Notes: generated from the sequence alone by a model not told the origin. Counted from the stretch's first letter, positions 36,734-45,991 are shown. The stretch is 64,000 nucleotides of DNA from Parcubacteria group bacterium (GCA_016181765.1 JACOYR010000001.1:221414-285413), one strand, 5' to 3'. Program-made: numbers and translations.

Positions 36734-37181
36734 AGCGTTTGATTGCATAGTATATCATCAACCCCGCGAAAGCGGCAATCACCATGCTCCCGAGAACATC
36801 AATGCCGTGGTGAACTCCGGCAAGCACGCGCGATGCGCCCGAGACCGCGGTTATGAGCGCGAGCGCGGTACCGAGCTTTTTATTAAACGGAAATACCGCG
36901 GCCGCAATGGCGGCGGCGAACAGCGTATGGTCCGACGGGAAGCCATTGTCCGGCGCATGCGGTATAAGCGGGACAACATCGTTCTGTACGAACGGCCGGG
37001 GATTATAGTAGAAGCGCTGCAGCAGTCGGCCAACCAGGTACGCGGTTGGCAGGAGCATGCCGCCGAACAGCAGCATGCGCTTTTGGACGCTCCGGGGCTG
37101 TGTTGCGAAAAACAACAGCCCGAGCGCGGGAATGAACAAAAAAAGATACGCGCTTCCGAAAATAATCAGCTGGTCTGCCAT
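36714..37181 (-). CDS. PAP2-family undecaprenyl-diphosphatase (BcrC-like)
   Basis: PRPF, FPSDH, SRVLAGVHH..D. Confidence 0.85.
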   Translation of the reverse strand: MADQLIIFGSAYLFLFIPALGLLFFATQPRSVQKRMLLFGGMLLPTAYLVGRLLQRFYYNPRPFVQNDVVPLIPHAPDNGFPSDHTLFAAAIAAAVFPFNKKLGTALALITAVSGASRVLAGVHHGIDVLGSMVIAAFAGLMIYYAIKRYGKARL

Positions 37182-39937
37182 AGGTTGGGCGAGCTGCGGC
37201 GCTGGGCGATAAAGCAGTGTTTCGCAATTTCTATCAACGCGATAACCCACGCGCACGCGAACAGAATGAGCAGCCAGTCCGAAAGCCCGAGCGGAACCGT
37301 GCGCAGAAAGGTTTGGAAAAACGGCGCATAGATGCCGATGAACTGGACCGCGAATCCGGCGCCCACGGCCGCGATGAGCCAACGGTTGGTGAAGAAATCT
37401 GTTTCAAAAATGGAATGCCGCAGGCTCCTCACCGAGAACACGTACAAGAGCGACTCAACCCCGATTGCCGTAAACGCCACCGTGCGCGCCCGGTCCAGGT
37501 CCTTGGTCGTCTTCCAGATGAGGTAGAAGAGCCCCAGGGTCGCAACTGACGTAATGGCGCTGATGAAAAAGATGAGAAACGTGCGCTCAAAATCCAGGAT
37601 CGGCTCATTCCGTTCGCGCGGCGGCTCATCCATGATTTCGGGCTCTTCGGGCTCAAGGGTGAGCGCGAGATCCGGAAACCCGTCCGTCACCAGGTTGATC
37701 CACAAAATCTGGGCCGCGAGAATGGGCAGAGGCCAGCCCGCGAGCATGCCGAACACAATGACCGCCATCTCCGTAAAGCTGTTTGAGAGCAGGTAGAGCG
37801 TAACTTTGCGGATGTTGTCAAAAATCACCCTGCCCTCCCGCACGGCCGCCACAATGGTGGCAAAATTATTGTCCAAGAGCACCAGGTCCGCGGTTTCCTT
37901 GGCGACGTCCGTGCCGCTGCCGAGCGCAACCCCGATGTCCGCTTTCGCGAGCGCGGGCGCGTCGTTGACCCCGTCTCCGGTCATGGCAACAGTCTGCCCG
38001 TTCTTCTGCAGAGCCGCGATGATGCGAAGCTTGTCCGTGGGCGTGGCGCGCGAGAACACTTTGGCTTTTTTTACGAGGCGCGCAAGTTCCGAATCCGAAA
38101 TACTCGCCAGCCGCTCGCCGTCAATCACCTCATCTTCCGCGGGTTTGAATCCGAGCTCGCGGGCGATTGCGAGCGCCGTGTGCCGGTTGTCGCCCGTGAT
38201 GATGATGGTTTGGATGCCAGCCGCGGCCGTGCGCCTGATGGTCTCTTCCGCTTCCGGGCGCAGGGGGTCTTTGATCCCCCAAAATCCGGTAAACACGGCA
38301 GCCGTGTTGTACCGCGGCAGTTCATCAAACGTGGATACAGCCGCCGGAACTGCCTTGTAGGCTCCGGCAAGGAGCCGCAGGCCGTCCCCGGAAAGCTTCT
38401 CGTAGAGCGCGAGCAACGCCTTGCGCTTCCGGGGCGTTATCTTCTTGGCTGATGCTCCGTCCTGGTAGCGCTCGCACATGGAGAGGATCCGCTCGGGAGC
38501 GCCCTTGAGGTACACCAAGCGCTGCTTGCTCGTCCATGCGTTGAGCGTTGCCATGTACTTTTTGCGGGAATCAAACGGAACCTCGTCAAACCGTGGCCGG
38601 GGTTCGTGCAGGTCCGCTTCCTGGAAATCCCCGTCAACCGCGGAAAGCAGGATGGCGCGCTCCGTGGGGCTGCCCACCACGATTTGCTCGCGCAGTTCTT
38701 CCTCTTGGGTCGCCTTCTCGCTCTCCGCGCTTGCGACCACCGCGTTGTTGCAGTACACCGCAATCTGGTTGAGGCGCTTGATCTCAAGCGCGCCGGCCTG
38801 GAGCCGCTTGGGATCAGCCGCTTTCGTGCCGCCCACGCCGTCGTGGTTCTCGGTTTCTGTGTGCACCACGCGCATCTCCCCCACGGTGACGGTGCCGGTT
38901 TTGTCCGCGCAGATGACATTGGTTGATCCGAGCGTTTCCGCGGCAACCAGCTTGCGCACGAGCGACCCCTTCTTGAGGATGCGCTGCATGCCGATGGTCA
39001 AGATGACTGTCACTTCAACCACCAAGCCTTCGGGAATCACGGCAACTGCCACGGCCACGGCAATCACGAACATCTCCGTAAAACTGTACTCATAGGCAAG
39101 CCCCACGCCGAGCAACAAGGCGGAAAGTCCGAGCACCAAGAGGCCAAGCCTGCGGCTGAACGAATCAAAACGCTCCTGCAGCGGAGTGCGCACCTCTTTT
39201 GTTTCTTTGACCAGGGAAGCGATTTTGCCGATTTCAGTCGCTTTGCCGATTGCGGCCACCGCGAACCGACCGTGCCCTTCGGTGACCACGGTTCCCGCAA
39301 ACACCATGTTGTGCTGGTCCGCGAGCGAGAGCTCGCCCGCGAGTGCGCGGTCAACTTTTTCAACCGCCTCGCTCTCCCCGGTTAACGCGGCTTCGCTTAT
39401 TTTGAGGTGCTCGGCGGACAGGAGCCTGCCGTCCGCGGTAATTTTATCCCCTGCCGAGAGCACCACAATGTCCCCGGGCACGAGCTCGGCCGAGAAAATT
39501 TTGCGCTCCTGGCTGTCGCGGATCACCCACACCTCGTGCGTGACGATTTTTTTAAGGCTTGCCAAAGCGCGCTGCGCTTTGTACTCCTGGAAAAATCCGA
39601 CAATGACGTTTATGGCGACTGCCGCAAAAATAACGTACGAATCAATGCGGTCTCCGAGGGCCAGGCTCGCCGCGGCCGCCGCGAGCAGGATGTACGTAAG
39701 CGAGCTCTTGAACTGCCGGATAAAAACCACGAGGAGCGGCACAGGCGGCTCCTCCGGAAGCGCGTTCTCTCCGTGCTTTTCTTGCCGCTCTAAAACCTGC
39801 TTTTGGGTGAGCCCGTGCTTTGCGGAACCGAGCTTGTCCAGGGCGCTCTCAATGCCAAGGCAGTACCACTCCTCCTTGTGGCGGGGGGGTGGCACTATTT
39901 TTACGTCCTCAATCTTTTTGATTTCTTTTTCCGGCAT
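37166..39937 (-). CDS. Cation-transporting P-type ATPase (P2A, Ca2+-like)
   Basis: LTGES, IPEGL, DKTGT, KGAPE, TGDGVNDAP, QILWINLVTD. Confidence 0.93.
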   Translation of the reverse strand: MPEKEIKKIEDVKIVPPPRHKEEWYCLGIESALDKLGSAKHGLTQKQVLERQEKHGENALPEEPPVPLLVVFIRQFKSSLTYILLAAAAASLALGDRIDSYVIFAAVAINVIVGFFQEYKAQRALASLKKIVTHEVWVIRDSQERKIFSAELVPGDIVVLSAGDKITADGRLLSAEHLKISEAALTGESEAVEKVDRALAGELSLADQHNMVFAGTVVTEGHGRFAVAAIGKATEIGKIASLVKETKEVRTPLQERFDSFSRRLGLLVLGLSALLLGVGLAYEYSFTEMFVIAVAVAVAVIPEGLVVEVTVILTIGMQRILKKGSLVRKLVAAETLGSTNVICADKTGTVTVGEMRVVHTETENHDGVGGTKAADPKRLQAGALEIKRLNQIAVYCNNAVVASAESEKATQEEELREQIVVGSPTERAILLSAVDGDFQEADLHEPRPRFDEVPFDSRKKYMATLNAWTSKQRLVYLKGAPERILSMCERYQDGASAKKITPRKRKALLALYEKLSGDGLRLLAGAYKAVPAAVSTFDELPRYNTAAVFTGFWGIKDPLRPEAEETIRRTAAAGIQTIIITGDNRHTALAIARELGFKPAEDEVIDGERLASISDSELARLVKKAKVFSRATPTDKLRIIAALQKNGQTVAMTGDGVNDAPALAKADIGVALGSGTDVAKETADLVLLDNNFATIVAAVREGRVIFDNIRKVTLYLLSNSFTEMAVIVFGMLAGWPLPILAAQILWINLVTDGFPDLALTLEPEEPEIMDEPPRERNEPILDFERTFLIFFISAITSVATLGLFYLIWKTTKDLDRARTVAFTAIGVESLLYVFSVRSLRHSIFETDFFTNRWLIAAVGAGFAVQFIGIYAPFFQTFLRTVPLGLSDWLLILFACAWVIALIEIAKHCFIAQRRSSPNLWQTS

Positions 39938-40078
39938 CTGTATGTTCTCTTTTTTTACAAATTTTTGCTTGGGCTAAGCGAAGTGAAGTTAAGCGAAAAT
40001 TTGAGAGGGGCAACAAAACGGAACCTGGAATGGCCTCGCGCAGCGAGGGCATGAAAGGTGGAGTTTTGTATGACCCGA

Positions 40079-40154
40079 TGGTGCGCCCAGAGGGATTCGG
40101 ACCCCCGACCATCTCCTTAAAAGGGAGCTGCTCTACCAACTGAGCTATGGGCGC
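40079..40154 (-). tRNA. tRNA-Lys (TTT)
   Basis: GCGCCCATAGCTCAGTTGG...CTTTTAA...GGGCGCACCA; T-loop reads TCCGAAT. Confidence 0.9.
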
Positions 40155-40231
40155 GCGTCAGAGTCGGGACTATTGTAATTTAAGACGTAATTACGATACC
40201 AGATAAATACGACTTTGGCAAGCTGGTTTGA

Positions 40232-40377
40232 TTGATTTATCTGGATATTTTAGGTAGGATGACTGTGCCGAAAAAAAGGCCTGCAATAGCTCGCCGGAGG
40301 GACCGCGCAGGCTGTTTTGGTTCTTTGACAACAGAACCCCATCTCACACCCCAACAACCCTCTAAAGGAGCAGCGAA
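40232..40377 (+). promoter_or_regulatory. purB promoter and leader with hairpin, boxA-like motif and SD
   Basis: TTGATT-17-TAGGAT; gcctgc/gcaggc stem; GTTCTTTGACAA (40320-40331); AAGGAG. Confidence 0.5.
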
Positions 40378-41823
40378 ATGACCGACGTAGAAGGGCTTGA
40401 CCTGGAGCTCCCCGGCAATCACCGGTACCAGCCAGCAGAACTCCAGCCCATTCTGGGCTACGACAAGCTCTACTGGGGACTGGCTGAAGTTGAACTCGCA
40501 GCCCTGGACGTGCTGCACGAGATTGGCGTGATTCCGGATAGCGACTACGCGCACCTCACTGCTCCCGCCCGCGACGGGCTCCGCGCCATCACCACCACTG
40601 CAGTGGATGAAGAGGAGCGCAAAACGCGCCACGACGTCCGCGCCTGGGTGCGCCTGGCACAGAAAATCTTGCATCCGAACATAGGGCGTTGGGTGCATGT
40701 TCCCATGACCAGCTATGACCCCCTGGACACGGGCCGGGCGTGGCTCTACCGAAAAGCGCACGCCGAGGCAATCCGGCCCGCGCTCCTGGAAGTCATCCGC
40801 CTGTTTGCCGCCCGAACCCGCGAACTGGCGAACCAGGTCCAGATCGGCAGAACCCACGGCCAGCACGCGCTGCCTATTACCGTAGGGTTCTGGCTCGCGA
40901 CCATCCTCCACCGTATAGTGTACAACGCGCAGAAGCTGGACCTGCATGCCAGCGAGCTGGTCGGAAAGATTTCCGGCCCGGTCGGCGCGTACAACGCCCA
41001 GGCACACCTCGGCATTGCCGAGCGATGCGGCCAACAGACGTTTGAGGAACGGGTGTTGGGTAAACTTGGGCTGAAACCCGCTCCCATCAGCACGCAGATC
41101 GCGCCGCCGGATCCGCTCGCCTACTTCCTTTTCTCTGCAGCGCTCGTGACGCAGAACATCGCCCAGTTTGGCAGGGACTGCAGGCAGCTGATGCGAACCG
41201 AAATCGGTGAGATCACGGAACGTAAGGAAGCCGGCACAGTCGGGTCTTCGTCCATGCCGCACAAGACAAATCCCATCAGCTACGAAAACTGCGAGGGGAT
41301 GTGGCTCAAGACCATCGGGCAACTCGTGGTGTTCTGCAGTGCCATGATCAGCGAACACCAGCGCGACCTGGTGAACAGCGGCCCGGCCCGCGATTTCCCG
41401 GCCATCCTCGTCAATCTCATGCACCAGCTCAGCACGCTGATCCGCAAGGACCGCGCGACCAAGCGACCGTTCATCACGCGCCTCACGATAGACGCCGAAG
41501 CATGCGCGCGCAATCTGCATCTGCGGAGTAATGTGATACTCGCCGAGCCGCTCTACGTGGCCCTGCTCATCGGCGGCTACCAGGGTGACGCGCACGGGCT
41601 TCTGAATGACGAACTCGTGCCGATCGCCTTCCAATCGAACCGAGCGCTCATTGATGTTGTTCTGGAACGGGCACAGGGCGATGAAGCGCTCGCGCGGGCG
41701 GTAGAGGAATTCCCAGCCGGCTCGCTTGACATGTTCCGCAGCCCCGAAACCTACACCGGCAGCGCCGCTGAAAAAGCGCTCCAAATCGCAGATGCGGCAG
41801 AAGCGTTCGCAACTGCCGTGTAG
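40378..41823 (+). CDS. purB: Adenylosuccinate lyase
   Basis: TRHDV, GRTHGQHA, KISGPVG, GSSSMPHKTNP, EHQRDL. Confidence 0.9.
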   Translation: MTDVEGLDLELPGNHRYQPAELQPILGYDKLYWGLAEVELAALDVLHEIGVIPDSDYAHLTAPARDGLRAITTTAVDEEERKTRHDVRAWVRLAQKILHPNIGRWVHVPMTSYDPLDTGRAWLYRKAHAEAIRPALLEVIRLFAARTRELANQVQIGRTHGQHALPITVGFWLATILHRIVYNAQKLDLHASELVGKISGPVGAYNAQAHLGIAERCGQQTFEERVLGKLGLKPAPISTQIAPPDPLAYFLFSAALVTQNIAQFGRDCRQLMRTEIGEITERKEAGTVGSSSMPHKTNPISYENCEGMWLKTIGQLVVFCSAMISEHQRDLVNSGPARDFPAILVNLMHQLSTLIRKDRATKRPFITRLTIDAEACARNLHLRSNVILAEPLYVALLIGGYQGDAHGLLNDELVPIAFQSNRALIDVVLERAQGDEALARAVEEFPAGSLDMFRSPETYTGSAAEKALQIADAAEAFATAV

Positions 41824-41853
41824 TCCCGCACCCAACCAGAGGAGAACCGCACC

Positions 41854-42843
41854 GTGATCTCACGAGATGTCATCCGAGCCCAGCTCGGGAACTGCCTGGA
41901 AGATGCCTGGTTTCGCTGGACAACGCACTATACCCGCGGCAAGGTGCGCGACATGTATCCTCTGCCGGCAAGCCAGGATATGCCTGAACGGCGCGTCATC
42001 ATCGCCACAGACCGGCAGAGTGCGCACGACCACATTGTCGGCACTATTCCCTTCTACGGACAGGTCCGGAACCAAATCGCGCTGTGGTGGTTCAGCCGCA
42101 CCGACGACATCGTGCCCAACGCCGTGCTCGCGGCACCGGATGAGAACGTAGTGGTCATGGAGGAGTTGATCATGTTCCCGGTGGAGATGGTGGTGCGGGC
42201 ATGCCTCACGGGCAGCTCAAGCACGGCCATCTGGACCCACTACAACAACGGCGAGCGTATCTTCTGCGGTCACCGCCTGCCCGACGGCATGGTAAAGAAC
42301 CAGCCCCTGCCCATGGGCAGCATCATCACCCCGAGCACCAAGGCAGAGGACGGGCACGATAAGTCCATCTCCGACGAAGAGGTGCTCGCGCACGGCCTGG
42401 TTGATCCGGATACCTGGGATCAGCTCGCCGCAATGGCGCTCGCGCTGTTCGCGCGCGGCCAGAAGCTCGCCGAGGAGCGCGGGCTCATCCTGGTGGACAC
42501 CAAGTACGAATTCGGCGAGACTGCAGACGGCCTCATCATGATCGCGGACGAGATCCACACCCCGGATTCGTCGCGCTACTGGGTGCGGGCAACCTACGAA
42601 GAACGACTCCGGAGGGACGAGGAGCCCGAGAGCTTGGACAAGGAGCCGCTCCGCATTTGGCTCAAAGAGCAAGGCATCTCGGACGACCATGTGCCAGAAC
42701 TGACCGACGACATTCGGATCGAGATGGCCCAACGGTACATCGCGCTCTTTGAACGCATAACCGGCGAAACGTTCGTTCCGCCGGACGCGGATATGTCAAT
42801 AAGGGAACGAATCGAGGAGGCAATCACGCCGTTCATGTTTTGA
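41854..42843 (+). CDS. purC: SAICAR synthetase
   Basis: GKVRDMY, TDRQSAHD, TPSTKA..GHD, LVDTKYEFG, DEIHTPDSSRYW, LDKE. Confidence 0.92.
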   Translation: MISRDVIRAQLGNCLEDAWFRWTTHYTRGKVRDMYPLPASQDMPERRVIIATDRQSAHDHIVGTIPFYGQVRNQIALWWFSRTDDIVPNAVLAAPDENVVVMEELIMFPVEMVVRACLTGSSSTAIWTHYNNGERIFCGHRLPDGMVKNQPLPMGSIITPSTKAEDGHDKSISDEEVLAHGLVDPDTWDQLAAMALALFARGQKLAEERGLILVDTKYEFGETADGLIMIADEIHTPDSSRYWVRATYEERLRRDEEPESLDKEPLRIWLKEQGISDDHVPELTDDIRIEMAQRYIALFERITGETFVPPDADMSIRERIEEAITPFMF

Positions 42844-42874
42844 CACTGCCGGGCACTATGCCTGGTCGGTACCT

Positions 42875-42912
42875 GGGCGCGCAGCAACATCCCGCTGCGT
42901 GCCCTCTTTTTT
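42875..42912 (+). terminator. Terminator after purC
   Basis: gggcgcgcagc...gctgcgtgccc plus T-tract. Confidence 0.7.
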
Positions 42913-42934
42913 ATTACGTGATACAATACTAATC

Positions 42935-43072
42935 CCAACCCCCTCTTAGTCTCCCCCTTATATATCACCCCAGAAATGCCTTCGGCAGTTTCTGGGGACC
43001 CCGAGTAAAGGGGGAGAAACTAGGATGATGACCCCCCTCTAGCTCCCCCCTGAATACAGGGGGGAGAACCAG
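42935..43072. repeat. Tandem family-B palindromes, the first with a nested second hairpin element
   Basis: ctccccctt...[caccccagaaatgcc-ttcg-gcagtttctggggacccc]...aagggggag, then ctcccccctg-aata-caggggggag. Confidence 0.6.
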
Positions 43073-43076
43073 GATT

Positions 43077-43370
43077 ATGAACTTCACCATCCAAAACCCA
43101 TCCACCCACTCCCGCAACCTCCTGCGAAGAGCAGGCTATGCCCTGCACGCGACCCGCGAGGGAAAAGTGAGCTATGTCAAACGGATCCACGGGGATGAGT
43201 ATCCCCGCTTCCATCTGTACGTGAATGACGAAAAGCCGGGCATCTCCATGGAGCTCTCTTTGCACTTGGATGAAAAGCGGCCCTCCTATGAGGGCCATAC
43301 CGCGCATTCAGGCGAATATGAAGGTCCACTGATAGAGCAGGAGCGGGACCGGATTCTGGGGACAATTTAA
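43077..43370 (+). CDS. Conserved-looking hypothetical protein
   Basis: YPRFHLY..LHLDEKRPSYEG..AHSGEYEG; clean ORF. Confidence 0.7.
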   Translation: MNFTIQNPSTHSRNLLRRAGYALHATREGKVSYVKRIHGDEYPRFHLYVNDEKPGISMELSLHLDEKRPSYEGHTAHSGEYEGPLIEQERDRILGTI

Positions 43371-43373
43371 GGA

Positions 43374-43472
43374 GGAGCCATATATGCGTACGATTCACCC
43401 AGGGTACGCCTGGCCGACAGCAATGTCGGATAGACGGGGGTTCCCTGCTGAATCGGGAGCATATGTGGCTCC
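43374..43472 (+). ncRNA. Candidate ~100-nt rod-shaped structured RNA, family unknown
   Basis: Nested stems 43374-87/43459-72, 43391-97/43449-55, 43400-04/43443-47 and apical ccgaca-GCAA-tgtcgg. Confidence 0.5.
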
Positions 43473-43543
43473 GACACAAATGTGCACTTACTGTGCATAG
43501 GCCGTGAATTCCCCTATCACGCCAAAACAGATACAATACATAC

Positions 43544-45013
43544 ATGGCAGAACAAAGACTAACCACCAATACCGCCGAAAAACTGCCCCCGCAGAACCTG
43601 GAAGCCGAGCAATCCGTGCTCGGCTCCCTGCTGTTGGACCAAAACGCCGTCATCAGCATCGGCGATGCTCTGAAACCCGAAGATTTTTACAAAGAAACGC
43701 ACAAGGTGATTTACCAGGCAATGCTTTCTCTGTTTGAGCGCAGGGAACCCATTGACTTGCTGTCCTTGACGAACATCCTGAACGAACGGAAGCAGCTTGA
43801 GCTCGTGGGGGGCAGGGAGTATTTGATGGATTTGACGAACGCGGTGCCGAGCGCGGCAAACGTGGGGCACTATGCAACCATTGTGCGCAAGAAATCAACC
43901 CTGCGCAACCTCCTGTACGCGTCCCACCAAATCACCCAGCTCGGGTACGACGAATCCGATGACGTGGACGCAGTGCTGGACCAAGCAGAGCAAAAGCTCT
44001 TCGCCATTTCCCAGCGCTCCTTGCGCCAGAACTTCATCAGCATCAAGTCCGTCCTGCATGACACGTTTGAGCGCATTGAAAAGCTGCACCAGGGGGACGG
44101 CAGGCTGCGCGGCATCTCCACCGGGTTTTTTGATTTGGATGACAAGCTCTCGGGCTTGCAGGCCTCGGATTTGGTGGTGATCGCGGCACGGCCTTCGGTC
44201 GGGAAAACCTCGCTTGCCATGGACCTGGCGCGCCACATGGCGGTGGTTGAAAAAAAGAGTGTGGGCATCTTCAGCTTGGAAATGTCCAAAGAGCAGCTCG
44301 TGGACCGCCTGCTGTGCACCCAGGCAGGAGTTGAATTGTGGCGCATGCGCACGGGCAAGCTCTCCCAGTCACCGGAGCACGACGACTTCCCCCGCATCGG
44401 GCACGCCATGGGAGAGCTCTCTGAGGCCAACATCTTCATTGATGACGGCGCAAACGTAAACATCATGGAAATCCGCACCAAGGCGCGCCGCCTCGCCGCG
44501 GAGCAGGGAGTTGACTGCATCATCGTGGACTACTTGCAATTGATGGAGGGCCGCTCCAACCGGAACGGCGACAACCGCGTGCAGGAGGTTGCGGAAATCA
44601 CCCGCGCCCTTAAGTCCATTGCCCGCGAGCTCAACATCCCGGTGGTGGCGCTCTCCCAGCTCTCACGGGCCGTGGAGCAGCAGCAGGGCGCGGCAATCCC
44701 GCGCCTCGCGCATTTGCGCGAATCCGGCACCATTGAGCAGGACGCGGACGTGGTGCTCTTCATCTACCGCAAGTCAGCGGACCGCAAGTACCGCCCGGAG
44801 GAGCTCTCGGCCGAAGAGCGGCACCTTGCCGAAATCCACATCGCAAAGCACCGCAACGGCCCGACCGGGGTGATCAAGCTCTTCTTTAACGAGCAGCTGG
44901 TCAGCTTCCAGAACCTCGCAAAAGCCGGAAAACACGCGGACCCAGGGTACGCGCATGCTCCGGAACCTCCCCGGGCCGCGCCTGTTGACGAAGTTGACGT
45001 GCCTCCCTTCTAA
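43544..45013 (+). CDS. dnaB: Replicative DNA helicase
   Basis: PPQNLEAEQSVLG, AARPSVGKT, FSLEM, VDYLQL, ALSQLSR, LRESG.IEQDAD, KHRNGPTG; no intein. Confidence 0.96.
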   Translation: MAEQRLTTNTAEKLPPQNLEAEQSVLGSLLLDQNAVISIGDALKPEDFYKETHKVIYQAMLSLFERREPIDLLSLTNILNERKQLELVGGREYLMDLTNAVPSAANVGHYATIVRKKSTLRNLLYASHQITQLGYDESDDVDAVLDQAEQKLFAISQRSLRQNFISIKSVLHDTFERIEKLHQGDGRLRGISTGFFDLDDKLSGLQASDLVVIAARPSVGKTSLAMDLARHMAVVEKKSVGIFSLEMSKEQLVDRLLCTQAGVELWRMRTGKLSQSPEHDDFPRIGHAMGELSEANIFIDDGANVNIMEIRTKARRLAAEQGVDCIIVDYLQLMEGRSNRNGDNRVQEVAEITRALKSIARELNIPVVALSQLSRAVEQQQGAAIPRLAHLRESGTIEQDADVVLFIYRKSADRKYRPEELSAEERHLAEIHIAKHRNGPTGVIKLFFNEQLVSFQNLAKAGKHADPGYAHAPEPPRAAPVDEVDVPPF

Positions 45014-45029
45014 AGGGTAGAATCACGGT

Positions 45030-45341
45030 ATGTTCAACAAACTCAAACAATTCAAAGAGCTCCGAAGCCAGGCTAAAACTCTCCAAACCGCGCTCAAAGA
45101 AGAAACCGTCACCTGCGAAAAAGGCGGAGTCACCATCACCATGGACGGCAACCAGGACATCACGGCCGTTCTGGTGCGGCCTGATTTGCTCTCTTTGGGC
45201 CGGAAGCGCGATCTGGAGAATGCCATCAGAGATGCGAATGCCGCTGCCATAGAAAAGACCAAGCGCATCATGGCAAGAAAAATGCAGTCCATGGGAGGGT
45301 TTGACCAGTTTGGCTTGGGCGACAAAAAAATAGGGACATGA
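45030..45341 (+). CDS. ybaB: YbaB/EbfC nucleoid-associated protein
   Basis: Size, GGVTITMDG segment, position before recR. Confidence 0.85.
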   Translation: MFNKLKQFKELRSQAKTLQTALKEETVTCEKGGVTITMDGNQDITAVLVRPDLLSLGRKRDLENAIRDANAAAIEKTKRIMARKMQSMGGFDQFGLGDKKIGT

Positions 45342-45354
45342 CCCATTTTCATCC

Positions 45355-45960
45355 ATGAGTTCCCTTCCCCCGTCAATCCAGAACCTGGTGGGCCACTTTA
45401 CGACCCTGCCGGGCATCGGGCCCAAGACCGCTGAAAAGCTGGTGTTTTTTTTATTGCGCACTCCGGCAAAAGAGCTGCACGATTTTGGAGAGGCGCTCGC
45501 GAGCATTGCCGACAACTTAAGCCTTTGCCGCGCGTGCCAGAACTTTACGGATGCGGAACTCTGCGCCATCTGCGCAAATCCCCGGCGGGACCAGGGAACC
45601 GTCTGCGTGGTTGCCGACCCCTTGGACTTGATCGCGCTTGAAGAAGCGCACGCGTTCCGCGGAGTCTACCATGTGCTCGGGCACAACATCAACCCCCTGG
45701 AAGGCATCACCCCCAATGACATTAGAATCCGCGAGCTGGTTCTGCGCATAGAAAAAGCAAACCCCCCGATTACCGAAGTGATTCTCGGGCTTGATGCGAA
45801 CAATGAGGGCGAAACCACGTCCTTGTACCTGGCTCGGCTTTTGAAACAGTACCCCGTAAAGGTAACCCGCATCGGCAAGGGATTGCCCCAGGGAAGCGAC
45901 ATGGAGTATGCGGACTCCGTGACGTTGAGCAACGCGCTTCTCGGCCGGCGCGAAATCTAA
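45355..45960 (+). CDS. recR: Recombination protein RecR
   Basis: LPGIGPKTA, C4 Zn finger, YHVLG, EGETT, EYAD..TL. Confidence 0.95.
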   Translation: MSSLPPSIQNLVGHFTTLPGIGPKTAEKLVFFLLRTPAKELHDFGEALASIADNLSLCRACQNFTDAELCAICANPRRDQGTVCVVADPLDLIALEEAHAFRGVYHVLGHNINPLEGITPNDIRIRELVLRIEKANPPITEVILGLDANNEGETTSLYLARLLKQYPVKVTRIGKGLPQGSDMEYADSVTLSNALLGRREI

Positions 45961-45991
45961 AACAGCCCCGCGGGTAGCGGTGGGCTGTTTT
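45959..45991. terminator. Bidirectional terminator (recR / rplU)
   Basis: aaaacagccc...gggctgttttt. Confidence 0.7.

Noticed and set aside
40261-40377. Purine or ZTP riboswitch upstream of purB
   Set aside because: I could not find the conserved cores of the purine, ZTP (pfl) or PRPP (ykkC) aptamers by eye.
40378-42843. Z-base (2-aminoadenine) synthesis cluster
   Set aside because: No purZ/purA-like, dATPase or MazZ genes nearby.
43384-43500. 38-aa ORF (MRTIHPGY...CTYCA) with a GGAGG SD
   Set aside because: The SD and ATG are buried in the 14-bp closing stem of the rod structure; an RNA explanation fits better, though the ORF is not excluded.
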